Shown: piece after piece, positions 62,329 through 64,000 of the stretch
How positions within the stretch are numbered: the stretch's first letter is position 1
How the letters are laid out: the number at the start of each line of letters is the position of its first letter
IMG/VR virus record: IMGVR_UViG_3300006155_000004
Strand: one strand, 5' to 3'
Origin: a virus
Length of the DNA stretch: 64,000 nucleotides
The notes under the pieces: generated by a model
What the model was told of the DNA's origin: nothing
The model's database searches: none
The model's input: the letters and a program-made list of their open reading frames with translations, nothing else
Position numbers and translations under genes: made by a program

Positions 62329-62576
62329 TATTTGTATCAAAGAAAAAGAAAATTAAACTCGGAAAGTTGATAGCGGCTACAAAACAAATAGCAGTACATT
62401 CTATCGGCGAAACAGACAAGAAAACGCAGATTGAGAATATGAGCAAAATTGTTGAAAACCTTGCAAGCATAGCTTTTGAAATAGGCGGAGAACGATTCGC
62501 AATGATTGATGTTGTTGCCTCCGAATACACCTTGCAGGAAGCACTTAAAAAGAGAATTGAGGGCAAAAATGGATAA
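62325..62576 (+). CDS. hypothetical protein
   Basis: GTGA overlap, SD GGAGG 7 nt upstream. Confidence 0.45.
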   Translation: MIFVSKKKKIKLGKLIAATKQIAVHSIGETDKKTQIENMSKIVENLASIAFEIGGERFAMIDVVASEYTLQEALKKRIEGKNG

Positions 62577-62922
62577 GAGAAAATACACAATATACTGTGT
62601 GGATTTTGATGGAACTTTATGCGAAAGCATATATCCTGGCATAGGCAATCCGAACATGGAACTGATAAACCATCTAATCAAACGCCGGAAACAGGGAAAT
62701 AAAGTCATTCTGTGGACTTGCAGAGTTGGTGACAGGCTGAATGAAGCAGTTGAGTGGTGTAGGCAGTACGGTCTTGAATTTGACGCTGTGAATGAGAATC
62801 TGCCGGAAATGATTGAATGGTTTGGTACAGATTCCAGAAAAATTCATGCAGATATATTTATTGACGATAAGGCGGTAAACAAGCCAAAATATCATGTTCC
62901 TTATAAGGAGGTGGCGGAATGA
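62569..62922 (+). CDS. HAD-superfamily phosphatase/nucleotidase-like protein
   Basis: YCVDFDGTLC (DxDGT motif I), ILWTCR, IFIDDK (motif IV). Confidence 0.55.
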   Translation: MDKRKYTIYCVDFDGTLCESIYPGIGNPNMELINHLIKRRKQGNKVILWTCRVGDRLNEAVEWCRQYGLEFDAVNENLPEMIEWFGTDSRKIHADIFIDDKAVNKPKYHVPYKEVAE

Positions 62923-63416
62923 CAGAGAATGAAGCAAGAGAATTTTTGGGAAGATTTTCTTTGGATAGAATCGGGTATGCTAGTGGGAAAGAAGTTGATA
63001 CAGATCGTTTTAATTATTTTACAGAAGCGTTAATGACAGCCATGCAAGCATTAACTGAAATCCAGCAGTACCGAGCAATCGGCACAGTCGAGGAATGCCG
63101 GGAGGCAAGGGAAAGGCAGATGGGGAAGAAACCAAATCATTTCTACAAAAAATATGGAAAACATCAGTGGAGACGAAAAGATAGCGGAGAAATTGATGAA
63201 GATGCGTGGGATTCTGATGCTCATAGTGGGGTTGTTTGTGAAGTTTGTGGAGAATGTGTCTGTACAATGTGCAATCCAGACTATGATGAATTAGATGATT
63301 GCGAGGAAGAATACTGGATTTGCCCTAATTGCGGAAAAAAGATATATTGCAAAGACGAGTACTGTAAATGCGGTCAGCACCTTGATTGGAGTGATACCCA
63401 ACGGCCTACCAAATAG
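62919..63416 (+). CDS. hypothetical protein with C-terminal zinc ribbons
   Basis: CEVCGECVC...CPNCG...CKCG. Confidence 0.5.
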   Translation: MTENEAREFLGRFSLDRIGYASGKEVDTDRFNYFTEALMTAMQALTEIQQYRAIGTVEECREARERQMGKKPNHFYKKYGKHQWRRKDSGEIDEDAWDSDAHSGVVCEVCGECVCTMCNPDYDELDDCEEEYWICPNCGKKIYCKDEYCKCGQHLDWSDTQRPTK

Positions 63417-63436
63417 CAGACCAAAGACACCCGTTC

Positions 63437-63598
63437 ATGGGACTTGACAATAAAATCTGTAAAAATCCTACATATTGGTGTAGACTGCATCAGGTTTGGC
63501 TGTCGGAGGAAGATGTTAAAAGGAAGAAATGCAGATGTAAAGATGATTTTGATTTGATTGGTACGTATAGGTGCGGAAATTTGGATAGGAGGGATTGA
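63437..63598 (+). CDS. small Cys-rich protein (53 aa)
   Basis: ATG 63437, TGA 63596. Confidence 0.35.
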   Translation: MGLDNKICKNPTYWCRLHQVWLSEEDVKRKKCRCKDDFDLIGTYRCGNLDRRD

Positions 63599-63602
63599 GG
63601 GA

Positions 63603-63890
63603 ATGAATATATCATCTCACGCTAAACAGCGATTAAAAGAAAGATGCGGATTCACTAAGAAATCCTATGAGCGCATGGCAGAAAAAGCATTTAACGAGGG
63701 AACAACGCACAAGCAGACAAGGGGCAGATTGAATAAATGGATTACAAGCCTATTCTTTAGGAATTGTAACGCTAACAACATACGGATTTATGGCGATAAT
63801 GCGTACATATTCTGCGGGGAAACACTTGTGACCGTTATTTCTATTCCCTCAAACATAAAGAGGGATATGGACAAAATGATTGAGAAATAG
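63603..63890 (+). CDS. hypothetical protein
   Basis: ATG behind TAGGAGGGATTGAGGGA. Confidence 0.5.
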   Translation: MNISSHAKQRLKERCGFTKKSYERMAEKAFNEGTTHKQTRGRLNKWITSLFFRNCNANNIRIYGDNAYIFCGETLVTVISIPSNIKRDMDKMIEK

Positions 63891-63902
63891 GAGGATTTTG
63901 AA

Positions 63903-64000
63903 ATGAGTATGTTATCGGAACAAGTAAACCAACTAAAAGAAGAAGCTAAATATTTGGAAAAAGACCAAGAAAAGAGATTGGCAAGCATATTACGCCAAGC
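63903..64000 (+). CDS. hypothetical protein, 3' end outside window
   Basis: ATG behind ATAGGAGGA; open to window edge. Confidence 0.45.
   Translation, partial: MSMLSEQVNQLKEEAKYLEKDQEKRLASILRQ

Noticed and set aside
1-64000. tRNA, rRNA or tmRNA genes
   Set aside because: Intergenic spaces are short, and I could not find T-loop-like GGTTCGAATCC-type motifs or cloverleaf-sized GC-rich blocks. This was an eye scan only; a tRNAscan run would settle it.

Overview
The window is one continuous stretch of a long-tailed, siphovirus-type temperate phage or prophage. It has a very long tape measure gene and no sheath gene. The host is probably a low-GC Gram-positive, spore-forming Clostridia-like bacterium; this is inferred from a Spo0A C-domain homologue, XkdW/XkdX-like genes and strong GGAGG ribosome-binding sites.

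Almost everything is on the + strand, tightly packed, often with ATGA/TAATG start-stop overlaps. Gene order is as follows:
- Head: scaffold (5' partial) and major capsid.
- Head-tail joining genes, interrupted by accessory genes that include a holin-like pair and a Rha gene.
- Tail tube gene and a G/GT chaperone with a T_TTT_TTA -1 slip site.
- A 7.3 kb self-promoted accessory island.
- A 2291-aa tape measure protein, then baseplate and fibre genes.
- A five-gene fibre-tip array, XkdW/XkdX-like genes and an amidase endolysin.
- A decayed junction with no integrase.
- A cI/cro-like switch with a mazF-family toxin in the early operon, then a second XRE switch.
- About 27 kb of early genes: dual-OB protein, Spo0A_C homologue, SMC-like ATPase, RecT, MT-A70 methylase, MBL hydrolase, SSB, J-domain protein, SF2 helicase and GIY-YIG nuclease. 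A 1.9 kb IS element has inserted here.

The most interesting signal is at 30.1-32.0 kb. Four tandem paralogous fibre-tip genes each begin with a conserved short leader followed by exactly nine G. In every case the tract puts the start codon out of frame with the gene body. Two cassettes would be restored by one G fewer and two by one G more. This looks like a multi-cassette homopolymer switch for receptor-binding proteins. A fifth orphan G9 lies in the accessory island.

Caveat: at least six other genes are broken at short homopolymers, so homopolymer lengths in this assembly cannot be trusted without the raw reads. All family names are recognised from memory of motifs; no searches were run.
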